Below the pieces are notes generated by a model. That model saw only the letters and a list, made by a program, of their open reading frames with translations. It was not told the DNA's origin and searched no databases. Below are positions 18,501 through 27,700 of a DNA stretch of 64,000 bases, piece after piece. The DNA is from an uncultured Anaerolineales bacterium (GTDB lineage Bacteria > Chloroflexota > Anaerolineae > B4-G1 > SLSP01): the NCBI GenBank assembly GCA_964508025.1, contig CAZDSF010000009.1:7310-71309 (forward strand). The letters run 5' to 3'. How positions within the stretch are numbered: the first letter of the stretch is position 1; the number at the start of each line of letters is the position of its first letter. A program made the translations under genes and the position numbers.

Positions 18501-19095
18501 CGAGCCGAACAATCGCTCCGAGTGGCCCGGCTACCGCACCGGCAATGAGTTCCCACTCACGCCGCAGTATGTAACGCAAATCTATAATGCTATATGGGAA
18601 AAAGTGGGAGGACGGGCCAAACTCGGCCCGCCGCCCATTGATCCCTACTTTGGCCCCGGCTCCAACAACCGCGATTGGTGGACGTATATACTGGATAACA
18701 TCACCGACGCGGATGCACTCTTCCTCCATGCCAAGACGCAGACGAACAACCCGGCAGAAGTTTGGTCGCGGGTGCGCTTCACGGATCACCCGCTCACGTG
18801 GCAATACCTGCACCTGCGGACAGTGGAAACCTCGTTAGCGCTGACGCCGGAGCGTTTCCGCGATTTGCCGGTCTTTGTGACGGAACTCAACCCGCAATGT
18901 GTGGACACCATCGGGGGCAACATCGGTTGGCTGGCAGATAACGCCAGGTGGGTTCACGAAGCCCTGCGCTATTTTCGGCAAGAGCAACCGGTCAACGGGG
19001 TGGTGTTCTACCGCTACGAACGCGCAGGGGATCAAACGCCTTTCGGGTTGGAAGCCATGCCCACAGTGCTGGCAGCGATCAAGAAAGAAGCGTGA
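15532..19095 (+). CDS. Multidomain putative cell-wall hydrolase: GH-A-clan TIM barrel + 2x peptidase C39-like domains + second GH-A-clan TIM barrel
   Basis: N- and C-terminal domains are mutually homologous and carry GH-A signatures (GNFAVGAPE/LHEYSW/VISECGID versus VGNEPNN/LFLHAKT/VFVTELNPQ). The middle holds two ~275-aa repeats with the Cys motif ETIGRAGCFITGLAMIL and the His motif DGGHFVYL, typical of C39-like papain-fold peptidases. Confidence 0.6.
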   Translation: MTYLSTQNPVTRPAATPPSLASKSKTFVMPNKLGIHVLRATPDLLAFIAAKPAVIKFAGDWEHAQSALPGTLVIGQLPSTAQDETWRPGAQNPEQAARDFVAAHREFYQAHAYIPYWEGPHQIIPRDHGDLHWYARFEIERMNLLQTLGFKCVIGNFAVGAPELALWPAFLPAIEAGIRREALLGLHEYSWPWMWWLTGKYQMLPGDDQEDEGWSTLRYRQVYRQYLLPRGLQIPLVISECGIDPEVKPLLLTTAAGDWNEPGAYWAGPEHEADNAAPYFRQLAWYEAELGKDPYVIGMAISTWGHFNGQNKDSNIADSPIAEKLRQRAKAHPARPFDYHKLTGVQPQAGYVPPRTAYRRTYILLPQIQDTFERLEWRMAAAIGSSVQLRTLGHSADDAGVGPEAREIIAVNPQAWDAELQAWYEQHYPGAEYQALQASTPWEMALKLIPPLEDDIALAQIDPRWADYNFGEIPYDTETIGRAGCFITGLAMILRKHYQRDVTPPVLDKILVAARGAYVQDNILVWPDTIPLFPIFDQSIKDNVQRTAAQLEELLRNGWEIILRRADGGHFVYLEKVLGDTLQIIDTWDGKRKRHTADAYRGIRAARLRRTPLPEPELSGMTNISSLTPREPYRRTYVLLPQLQDTVEQLTWRTAAAIGSAEQLCTLGHSADDAGVGPLEREIIAVNPRAWGSDLKAWYDRHYPAAEYRAIETESPWEMAVQIMPPLEDDIALAQKDPRWGRYDFGAEPDPHGGAETIGRYGCFLTGFAIILRKIYGRDVTPPLLDKILVASGVGYVNDHFMAWETAIPIFPAFDGHLKDNLSRSARELERLLEDGWEIILRRADGAHFVYLERVEGDTLHIIDTWDGQRKRHAASAYRGVRAAHIKARPKRPAPAKILVGLHDLRGAEWMVSQKLRGCCLVHSVVQRKAAPLDLRHLQNAGITVIARLNWGYADGTGTLPRAEHRDAFINAVAETILNTQGVDYFHVGNEPNNRSEWPGYRTGNEFPLTPQYVTQIYNAIWEKVGGRAKLGPPPIDPYFGPGSNNRDWWTYILDNITDADALFLHAKTQTNNPAEVWSRVRFTDHPLTWQYLHLRTVETSLALTPERFRDLPVFVTELNPQCVDTIGGNIGWLADNARWVHEALRYFRQEQPVNGVVFYRYERAGDQTPFGLEAMPTVLAAIKKEA
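16603..18252 (+). repeat. Intragenic tandem duplication (2 x 825 bp, ~65% aa identity) encoding two C39-like peptidase modules
   Basis: Identical 17-mers CTTACCGCCGCACCTAC at 16601 and 17426. The amino-acid repeats start YRRTYILLPQIQDT and YRRTYVLLPQLQDT and end ...DTWDGKRKRH and ...DTWDGQRKRH. Confidence 0.8.
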
Positions 19096-19111
19096 GGGCC
19101 AGGAGAAAAAA

Positions 19112-19137
19112 CGCCGCGGAGGGCGCCCTCCGCGGCG
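19112..19137. terminator. GC-rich hairpin between the convergent hydrolase gene and sufD
   Basis: CGCCGCGGAGGGCGCCCTCCGCGGCG, a perfect palindrome preceded by AAAAAA. Confidence 0.5.
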
Positions 19138-19148
19138 TCAATAACCGG

Positions 19149-20534
19149 TCATGCGCGAAAACGCGCGGCGATCTCCTCATCCAGACCCTCGCGCATACAC
19201 GCCAGCGGCACGCGCTCGATGATGGGGCGGAAGAAACCCTGCACCAGCAGTTGCTCGGCGTCATAACGCGCAATGCCCCGCGCCTGGAGATAGAAGAGCT
19301 GCTCCTCATCCAAGCGGGAGACGGTGGCCCCGTGACTGCACCGCACATCATTCGCGGCGATCTCCAATCCCGGAATGGCATGGGCGCGCGCTTTGCCCAG
19401 GAGCAGATTGTGGTTCGCCTGATAACCTTGCGTTCCCTGCGCGCCCGGATCCACGCGGATCATGCCGTAGAAGACGGTTTTCGCCTGATCCCGCAGCACG
19501 TTGCGGAACAGCAAATCGCTGTATGTGTCGGGCGCTTGATGCGCCTGATACGTACTCTGGTCAATGAGCTGCTCACCCGTGGCAAACGTAAGCCCCTGCA
19601 TCAGGCCGCGCGCCCCAGGCGCCAGCAGGTCAGTACGGAGGAAGTCCTTGGTCATCTGCCCGCCCAACGCGGCATTGACCCACAGCAGATTGGCGTTCCG
19701 CGCCACGCGCGCGTTCTGCACGCTCACGCTGTAGCGCTGCTCGCCCCAGTGCTGGAGGCTCACATAGCGCACCCACGCGCCTTCCTCGGCGTAGATCTCC
19801 ACTACCTCGGCGTTGAGCTCCGGCAAGAATTCCCGCGAGCGGCGATCCTGAATCAGCGTGAGCCGCGCCCCCTTCTCCACCACAATCAGCGTGTGATGCA
19901 GACCTGTGCTGCCCTGGTCATCGTAGCCCACCATCGCCTGGAGTGGACGCAACGCCCGCGCGCCCGCCGGCACATAGACGAATGTGCCGCCGTGCCAGAG
20001 CGCTGCATTGAGCGCTGTGAATTTGTTGAAATCAGGACGCGCCGTTGCGCCCTGCATCCAATAGCGGCGGATGAGATCGCCGTGCGTGCGCAGCGCCGCG
20101 TGGAGGTCACTCAGCACGATGCCCTGTTTCGCCGCGTGCGCTTCGAGGTCCTGATACGCTGCCGCGCCGTTCTGATGCACCACAATGCCCGAAACCTGCG
20201 TCTGCGGCGCCAGAGGCGAAAGCCAGCACGCCGGCAAGGCGCGCAACGCCTGCACCGGATTGGGCGCAATCGCCAGGCGCCGTTCCGCCAGGGGATAGCG
20301 CGCCAGCGGCAAGCGCCGCCACGCTTCCTCTTTGGCGTGGGGCCAATCGAGCCGTTCGTACAGCGCCCACGCTTCGCGCCGCGCCTGGCGCATCCACGCC
20401 GGCTCATCGTAGTAGTCGCTCAATGCCGCCACTGCCGCCGCGTTGACGTCGAGCGTCAGCATGTCGCCCTTCGCCGCGCCGCCGTTGCCCATACTCGCGT
20501 TGACCTGTTGATTCGCTGAACCACTCATGCTCAC
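19149..20534 (-). CDS. sufD: Fe-S cluster assembly protein SufD
   Basis: SufB/SufD-family beta-helix core (FTALNAALWHGGTFVYVPAGAR..., ...HGATVSRLDEEQLFYLQARGI); overlaps the sufB stop by 4 nt. Confidence 0.8.
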   Translation of the reverse strand: MSMSGSANQQVNASMGNGGAAKGDMLTLDVNAAAVAALSDYYDEPAWMRQARREAWALYERLDWPHAKEEAWRRLPLARYPLAERRLAIAPNPVQALRALPACWLSPLAPQTQVSGIVVHQNGAAAYQDLEAHAAKQGIVLSDLHAALRTHGDLIRRYWMQGATARPDFNKFTALNAALWHGGTFVYVPAGARALRPLQAMVGYDDQGSTGLHHTLIVVEKGARLTLIQDRRSREFLPELNAEVVEIYAEEGAWVRYVSLQHWGEQRYSVSVQNARVARNANLLWVNAALGGQMTKDFLRTDLLAPGARGLMQGLTFATGEQLIDQSTYQAHQAPDTYSDLLFRNVLRDQAKTVFYGMIRVDPGAQGTQGYQANHNLLLGKARAHAIPGLEIAANDVRCSHGATVSRLDEEQLFYLQARGIARYDAEQLLVQGFFRPIIERVPLACMREGLDEEIAARFRA

Positions 20535-22954
20535 CCCACCGATCCTTCCATTTGCAGCGCAATGAGCCGGTTCAACTCCACGGCATACTCCATCGGCAGC
20601 TCCTTCACAAACGGCTCCAGGAAGCCGTTGACGATCATCGCCGAAGCCTCTTTCTCGCTCAGACCGCGACTCATCAGGTAAAAGAGCTGGTCCTCGCTGA
20701 TCTTGCTCACCGTGGCTTCATGCTCGATCTGCGCCTCATCCTCGCCCACGTCAATGTAGGGATAGGTATCGGAGCGCGATTCGGGATCAAGCAGCAGCGC
20801 ATCACAGGCCACCTTCGATTGCGCGCCCACCGCGCCAGGAATCACACGCACCAGCCCCCGGAAACCGGAACGTCCCAACCCTTTGCTGATGGATTTAGAC
20901 GTGATAAGCGAGGTGGTGTGCGGCGCTAGGTGGATGGCCTTGGCGCCGGCATCGTAGTGCTGTCCATCGCCGGCGAAGGCGATAGAAAGCACCTCACCCC
21001 GCGCCCGCGGCCCGCGCAGCACCACTGCTGGGTACTTCATGGTGATGCCGCTGTTATGTACGATCAGTCCATTAGCCACAAAGTTGTGTACACCAGCGAT
21101 TTCCAAATCCCATGTATCTTCGACGCCGCACGCTTCAATCGCTGTCACCCGTCGAAAATAAACAGGGTGCTCAGATTGATGTTCGCCAAAGTAGAGAAAA
21201 TAATGCGTGTATTCTTTCTCTTCCACACCTAAAGGCTTTTTCTCACGCCTTGTCCAACGGCTGATTTTGCGGGCATCAAGGCCACAAGACAATGCTAGTT
21301 TCTTTACTTCTTCAAGCAACTCTCGGTTGGCACTGGTGATAGAGACATTTTTGTGATTCTTCCGCCGATGACCATCAGCGTCTATGTAACCTTCGATGAA
21401 TGCAAGACGCTGTAACTTGGGCAAGGTAAAAATCCAATTGGGGACGTGCTTTTCGGTTGCGGCGCCTTTCAAACCCAGATACAAAAGCCAGTCACACAAT
21501 TGCACCGAATTGATGCGGATTACACTCCCACGAATTGTGTAATCAACGCCAAATAGATCGGTCAACACCTTCAATAACTTCGAATGCACCTTATCTGTTG
21601 GAGGCACAGCAAAATATACACGACCGGCATCCATGTAGCCGTCACCAATATAGACGCCAAGCAACCAGAGTAAGTCATCGGAACTGACAGCAGGCAATTT
21701 TACCTTTTTGCCGCCCCGCTCGGGAACGAACTCAAAATGTTTTTCTAAACCATCATCGGGAACAGCACCAGAAACCGCTATCCAATCGTTGACTTGCAAC
21801 TGATCCAAACGTTTCCAGGTCATAGCAGAAGTATTGCGTTGCGGAGACAACGTCAGGAAGGGGTGATTAGCCGTGGCGCGAATCTCACGCTGGTTCTCCG
21901 TCCGCAAGCAGAAAATCGGCTGCGGGCCGTTGTACTTCTTCGCCGTGACAGGGTAACGTCCCCATTGCAATTCAGCATCGAGAGCATAGACCAATTCGCC
22001 GGGTTCAACTTCGGAAATCGGCTTAACGCCGCCCGCCAGCATCACTGCTGTATCTCCGGTCAAACAACCCAGATTTCCGTCAACCCAGGCCATGGAGCCA
22101 TCTTCCTCCACCACGGCGCGCTGGGTGACGAGGTTGTAGACGTTGCGCGACCAGTTCTGGATGGTGGTGTAGCGCGCATGCGCGCCCTTCTTCACGAGGA
22201 TTTCGATGACGCCGGTATGCAGCGCCCACGTGCTATATTGCGGCGCAGTGCAACCCTCGATGTAATGCACATTGCTGCCTTCATCGGCAATAATAATGGT
22301 GCGTTCGAACTGCCCCAGGCTTTGCGCGTTGATGCGGAAGTACGCCTGCAAGGGGATTTCCACATCCACGCCCTTGGGCACGTAGACGAAGCTGCCGCCC
22401 GACCAGAAAGCGCTGTTGAGTGCGGCGAATTTGTTATCACCGACGGGCACCACCGTGCTGATGTGCTTCCGCACCAGGTCGCCATACTCCCGCACCGCCG
22501 TATCCATGTCCACGAAGATGATGCCGTGCCGTTCCCACTCCTCTTTGAGCGAACTGTACACGGATTCCGAATCCATCTGCGTTTCCACGCCCGCCAGGAA
22601 GCGGCGCTCGGCTTCGGGAATGCCCAAGCGCTCGAAGGTGTCTTTGATGGCGTCGGGGACTTCCTCCCAACTGCGCGCCTTGCGCTCTGTGGAACGCATG
22701 AAATAGTAGAACTCTTCAAAATCCAGCAAGCCCAAATCCACGCCCCAGGTAGGCATGGGCATTTTCATGAAGGTATCCAGCGCCTTGAGGCGGAAATCCA
22801 ACATCCACTGCGGCTCGCCCTTGACCGCCGAGATCTCCCGCACGATGTCCTCGCCCAAGCCGCGCCGGGTCTGATAGGCGTAATCAATCTCAGTGGCGAA
22901 ATCCTCCTGAGCCTGATCTTTGAACTGCCGCAGATCTTCGTACTCGTTCGCCAT
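20531..22954 (-). CDS. sufB: Fe-S cluster assembly protein SufB precursor containing a 338-aa intein
   Basis: N- and C-exteins are canonical SufB (FAALNSAFWSGGSFVYVPKGV... and ...SGITMKYPAVVLRG...HEATVSKISEDQLFYLMSRGL). Extein total 469 aa. Confidence 0.9.
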   Translation of the reverse strand: MANEYEDLRQFKDQAQEDFATEIDYAYQTRRGLGEDIVREISAVKGEPQWMLDFRLKALDTFMKMPMPTWGVDLGLLDFEEFYYFMRSTERKARSWEEVPDAIKDTFERLGIPEAERRFLAGVETQMDSESVYSSLKEEWERHGIIFVDMDTAVREYGDLVRKHISTVVPVGDNKFAALNSAFWSGGSFVYVPKGVDVEIPLQAYFRINAQSLGQFERTIIIADEGSNVHYIEGCTAPQYSTWALHTGVIEILVKKGAHARYTTIQNWSRNVYNLVTQRAVVEEDGSMAWVDGNLGCLTGDTAVMLAGGVKPISEVEPGELVYALDAELQWGRYPVTAKKYNGPQPIFCLRTENQREIRATANHPFLTLSPQRNTSAMTWKRLDQLQVNDWIAVSGAVPDDGLEKHFEFVPERGGKKVKLPAVSSDDLLWLLGVYIGDGYMDAGRVYFAVPPTDKVHSKLLKVLTDLFGVDYTIRGSVIRINSVQLCDWLLYLGLKGAATEKHVPNWIFTLPKLQRLAFIEGYIDADGHRRKNHKNVSITSANRELLEEVKKLALSCGLDARKISRWTRREKKPLGVEEKEYTHYFLYFGEHQSEHPVYFRRVTAIEACGVEDTWDLEIAGVHNFVANGLIVHNSGITMKYPAVVLRGPRARGEVLSIAFAGDGQHYDAGAKAIHLAPHTTSLITSKSISKGLGRSGFRGLVRVIPGAVGAQSKVACDALLLDPESRSDTYPYIDVGEDEAQIEHEATVSKISEDQLFYLMSRGLSEKEASAMIVNGFLEPFVKELPMEYAVELNRLIALQMEGSVG
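21053..22066 (-). mobile_element. Intein with a LAGLIDADG homing-endonuclease domain, inserted in SufB after ...WVDGNLG
   Basis: Starts CLTGDTAV (block A) and ends ...VHNFVANGLIVHN followed by Ser (block G; HN + Ser). Two LAGLIDADG-like motifs (LLGVYIGDGYMD, LAFIEGYIDADGH). Local GC is lower than in the flanks. Confidence 0.85.
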
Positions 22955-22957
22955 CGC

Positions 22958-23755
22958 TCAGACTCCCAATTCCGCCTGCACCCAGTCGTAACCCTGCGCT
23001 TCCAGCTTCTCCACCAGCTCTGGCCCGGCGGAATGCACCACCCGCCCGTCATAGAAGATATGGACGTGCTCCGGGTGAATGTAGTTGAGCAGGCGTTGAT
23101 AGTGCGTGATGACCAGCAGCCCCATCCCCAGCTCCGCCTGCAAGCGATTGACGCCCTCGGAAACGATGCGCAGCGCGTCAATATCCAGACCGGAATCCGT
23201 CTCATCGAGGACCGCGATGCGAGGCTTGAGCAGCGCCATCTGCAAAATCTCGGCGCGCTTCTTCTCACCGCCAGAGAAGCCTTCGTTGAGGTAACGGTTG
23301 AGGAACCCCGGATCCATTTTGAGCTTGGCAAGCTCCGCGTTGACTTCCTGGCGGAACTCGCGGGCGGGAATCAAATGCGCGTGGAGGCGCTGATCGCCGC
23401 TGCGCCGGGCGGCGTCGCCGTAGCCGCGCACCGCGCTCGCCGCCGCGCGGAGGAAAGTGTACAGCGTCACGCCAGGCACCGCCACGGGATACTGCATCGC
23501 CAGGAACAGGCCACGCCGGGCGCGCTCATCAGAGGCGAGCGGCAGCAGACTTTCGCCGTTGAGCAGAATATCTCCGCCGACGACCTCGTACTTGGGATGG
23601 CCCATCAGCGTATACGAAAGCGTGCTCTTCCCGGAGCCGTTCGGTCCCATCAGCGCGTGCGTCTCGCCGGGGCGCACCGTCAGCGTCACCCCCTTGAGGA
23701 TCTCTTTCCCCTCAACGCGCACACGCAAATCTCGAATCTCCAATGTCTGCTCCAT
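22958..23755 (-). CDS. sufC: Fe-S cluster assembly ATPase SufC
   Basis: Walker [13 protein letters not shown] signature FSGGEKKR, Walker [13 protein letters not shown]; RBS GGAGGTG before the MEQTLEI start. Confidence 0.9.
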   Translation of the reverse strand: MEQTLEIRDLRVRVEGKEILKGVTLTVRPGETHALMGPNGSGKSTLSYTLMGHPKYEVVGGDILLNGESLLPLASDERARRGLFLAMQYPVAVPGVTLYTFLRAAASAVRGYGDAARRSGDQRLHAHLIPAREFRQEVNAELAKLKMDPGFLNRYLNEGFSGGEKKRAEILQMALLKPRIAVLDETDSGLDIDALRIVSEGVNRLQAELGMGLLVITHYQRLLNYIHPEHVHIFYDGRVVHSAGPELVEKLEAQGYDWVQAELGV

Positions 23756-23945
23756 CCGCACCTCCACCATCATAGCTGCCTGCCGGCGCAAATCCAGTAT
23801 AGCCCAATGCCCCTTTTTGTCAAGATTCTTCTTTTTAATTCAACAAAAAACTGCTGGCGGAGAGGTCCCACCAGCAGCAAACGCATCAACAGCGCGCCTC
23901 AGACCGGGTAAGTTGAGGGGGACAGCTATCGCGCCGAAGCGCTGC

Positions 23946-24521
23946 TCACTCTAACAATTCAGGCAGGGTCGGTTCGGGAACTTTGTCTGGAAAGAGCTTG
24001 TGCAGAACAACGAGGACCTTGTAAGTCAGATTTGAGTCGAAGGTGAAGAAGCCTTCATACATGCGCGGCTCTTCCTTAAGGCGTTCTAAAGGCGTAATCT
24101 CTTCAGCCAGCAGGGTCATGTGGATGCCGGGCCCATAGCCAATCACGAACCAGTAATGTTCGAGCGGCGTGCTGCTCGTATCTACGGCGGTGGTGCGGAC
24201 AAAGTTGGGCAAAGGGGCGTCGGCAACGCCGTACAACCACAAGCCGACGGAAGCTTGAGCAACTCGAAAGTAGCGATTCTGTTGATCCGCTACGCGAGAG
24301 AAATACTGGAACGAAACGTGGGTTTCCGAAACGCCAGGGCTGGAAATAATCAAGTCCTCGATCATGTGGCTGATTTCGACCATGCCATGCACGGTGAAGA
24401 TGTAGCGAAAGTTGACCCGGTGGAGATCTTCGCGGGTGACGGCTTTCAGAAACGCTTCCGTGCGCGGCGGAAAGAGCGGCATGAGTTTGCTGAAGAAATT
24501 GCCCAGGATGTCTGTTGACAT
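23946..24521 (-). CDS. Hypothetical cytoplasmic protein (~190 aa)
   Basis: ORF with genome-typical codon usage. No motif I can assign confidently. Confidence 0.4.
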   Translation of the reverse strand: MSTDILGNFFSKLMPLFPPRTEAFLKAVTREDLHRVNFRYIFTVHGMVEISHMIEDLIISSPGVSETHVSFQYFSRVADQQNRYFRVAQASVGLWLYGVADAPLPNFVRTTAVDTSSTPLEHYWFVIGYGPGIHMTLLAEEITPLERLKEEPRMYEGFFTFDSNLTYKVLVVLHKLFPDKVPEPTLPELLE

Positions 24522-24772
24522 AGTAGCGTCCCCCAGTCTTGTGATTTTTCGGTTCTCCAGCCTTCGAGCGAAACAGCCTGCATTGGGCAGCCTGATCCGG
24601 CGCAGCGCACATATCATAGCACGGCAAAAATAGGCTGTCAAGTGTATCTCAGGCCGGGCCGGGGGCGGTATCGCCGCTGACTGCGCAGTGTGCGGCGGAG
24701 TTCGCTTGCCCAGAGCCGAAACGCGGGTAAACTAGAAGTTACCACTCACTGGAAAAACCGGCGGAGCCAGAC

Positions 24773-27700
24773 ATGCCTGATTTCGTCCACTTACATACAC
24801 ACACGGAATATTCTCTGCTCGATGGGCTGAGCAGTCCCAAAGCGCTGGCGGCGCGCGCCGCCGAGCTCGGCATGAGCGCCCTCGCCATCACCGATCATGG
24901 CGTGATGTATGGCGTGGTAGATTTCTACAAAGCGTGCAAAGCTGCCGGCATCAAGCCCATCATCGGCATGGAAGCCTACATTGCGCCGGACTCCCGCTTC
25001 AGCCGCGACCGCAACGATGGCAAAGCCTACCACCTCATCCTGCTGGCGCAGAATCAACAGGGCTATCGCAATCTGCTCTCCCTGGCGAGCCTCGCGCAGC
25101 TAGAAGGCTTCTACTACAAGCCGCGTATTGACAAAGAGGCGCTGCTGCAATACGGCGAAGGACTGATCGTGCTGAGCGCCTGCCTGCAAGGCGAGATTCC
25201 GCAGCTGCTGCTCACCGGACAAGCGGCGCAAGCCCGCGAAGTTGCGCGCTGGTACCAGGAACACTTCCCCGGGCGCTTCTACCTGGAACTCCAGAGCCAC
25301 GCCATCCCCGAACAGGAGCGCGCCAACGCCCAGCTCATCGCCCTGGCGCGCGAGCTGGCGCTGCCGCTCGTTGCCACCAACGACATCCACTACGCCCGCG
25401 AGGATCAATTCGAGGCGCACGACGTGCTGCTCTGCATCGGCACGGGCAAACTCGTTGCCGAGGCGAACCGGATGCGCATGAGCGATAATTCCTATTTCAT
25501 GCGTTCCCCGCAGGAGATGGCGCAGCTCTACGCCCACGTCCCGGAGGCGCTGGAGAACACCGTCCGCATCGCGGAACAATGTGATGTGGAAATCGCCTTC
25601 GCCCCGCCCTACCACCTGCCCCAGTTCCCTGTACCCGCAGGCTTCGCCGATTCGCAAGCCTACCTGCGCCACCTGTGCGCTCAGGGCATGGTGCGCCGCT
25701 ACGGCAAAGACGCTACGCGCCCGGAATACGTCGAGCGGCTGGAGTATGAGCTAGACATCATCCATCGCATGGGCTTCGACGACTATTTCCTTATCGTCTG
25801 GGATCTGTGCCGGGCGGCAGAACAGCGCGATATCTGGTGGAACGTGCGCGGCTCAGGCGCCGGCTCGGTAGTCGCCTACACCCTGGAGATCACCAACGTC
25901 GAGCCGTTCAAGAACCGCCTCTTCTTCGAGCGCTTCCTCAATCCCGACCGCATCTCCATGCCGGATATTGATCTCGACTACCCCGACGACCGCCGCGACG
26001 AGCTCATCGCCTATACCGCCGAACGCTACGGCAAGGATAAAGTCTGCGGCATCATCACCTTTGGGACGCTGGGCGCCCGCGCCGCCATCCGCGATGTGGG
26101 CCGCGCGCAGGGCATTCCGCTCGGCGAGGTGGATCAAGTCGCCCGGCTGGTGCCCAACGTGCCCGGCAAACCCGTCTCCATCGCCGAGGCGTTGGAAACG
26201 ATCCCAGAGTTGAAGGCGCTCTACACCTCCACACCCTACCTGCGCAAACTGCTCGATACGGCGCAGCAGCTGGAAGGCGTCTCCCGACATGCCAGCACCC
26301 ACGCGGCAGGCGTCCTCGTCTCGGATCGCCCGCTCACCGACTACCTGCCGCTCAACCGCCCCACCAAGAGCGACACCGAGGCTTACGCGCTCGACCGGGT
26401 CTCCCAATGGGCTATGGACATCGTGGACGCGATGGGGATGCTCAAAGTGGACTTCCTCGGCTTGCGGACACTCACGCACATGCGCAAGACCTGCGAGCTC
26501 ATCTACCAGGAACACGGGCGCAAACTCGACCTGAACACCATCCCCTACGAGCGCGCGCCCGATGACCCGGTCAAAGACGCCGATGTGAAGGCGCTCTACG
26601 ACCTGCTCACCAGCGGCGAGACCACGGGCGTCTTCCAGGTAGAAGGCGCGGGGATGCGCCGCACGTTGCAGGAAATGCGCCCCTTCGAGTTCCAGCACAT
26701 CATCGCCGCCATCGCACTCTACCGCCCCGGCCCGATGGAAAACATCCCCACCTACATCAAACGCCTGCACGGCGAGGAAGCCATCACCTACCGTCATCCC
26801 ATCCTGGAAAAAATCCTCGATGACACGTTCTCTGTGCTCATCTACCAGGAACAGATCATGCAAATCGCGGTGGAGATGGCGGGCTACAAACCGGGGCAAG
26901 CCGATGAAATCCGCAAAGCCGTTGCCAAGAAGAAGAAAGACCTGATGGAAAAGCACCAGCGGATGTTCCGCGCGGGCGCGCAAGCCAAGGGCATTCCCGC
27001 CGAAATCGCCGACGCCGTCTGGGGCGACATCGAATTCTTCGCGCGCTACGGCTTCAACCGCGCGCACGCCACCGACTACGCCGTCATCACCGGGCAAACG
27101 GCTTACCTCAAAGCGCATTATCCGCTGGAGTTTATGACCGCCCTGATGACGACCGAGCGCAACAATGTGGAAAAGCTCGGCTTCCTCATCGCCGACGCCC
27201 GGCGCACGGGACTCACCGTGCTGGGACCCAATCTCAACACCTCGGATGTCGAATTCATCATCGAGCATTTACCGGATGGGCAGCGCGCCATTCGCTGCGG
27301 CTTGAGCGCCATCAAGAACGTCGGCGAAGAAGCCGTGCGCTTGATCGTCGAGACGCGCAAGGCAGGCGGCGCGTTCAAGTCACTGGATGACCTGGCGGCG
27401 CGCGTGGATTTGCGCAAGCTCAACCGCCGCGCCCTCGAATGCCTCATCCAGGCGGGCGCGTTGGATGACTTCGGCCCGCGCGCCGCGCTGCTCACGCTCC
27501 TCGATACCGTGATGAGCGCCAGCATCCGCACCCACGAAGCCAAAGAGGTGGGCCAATTCTCCCTCTTCGGCGATCTGCCCGGCATGAGCAGCGGCATCCA
27601 ACTGCCCGCGCACTACCCGCCCATCTCCACACGCCAGATGTTGGAATGGGAAAAGGAGCTACTCGGCGTGTACCTCTCTGAGCATCCGCTGGAGCAACAA

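Noticed and set aside
21053-22066. Free-standing homing endonuclease gene inside sufB
   Set aside because: There is a continuous reading frame with SufB and intein block A/G boundaries. It is an intein, not a separate gene or group I intron ORF.
21794-23911. 705-aa ORF antisense to sufB/sufC, and similar long antisense ORFs (285-836, 14040-14894, 18948-20519, 52531-53670, 55887-57146, 57220-58593)
   Set aside because: Typical stop-codon-poor antisense frames of high-GC DNA, opposite well-supported conserved genes. No motifs.
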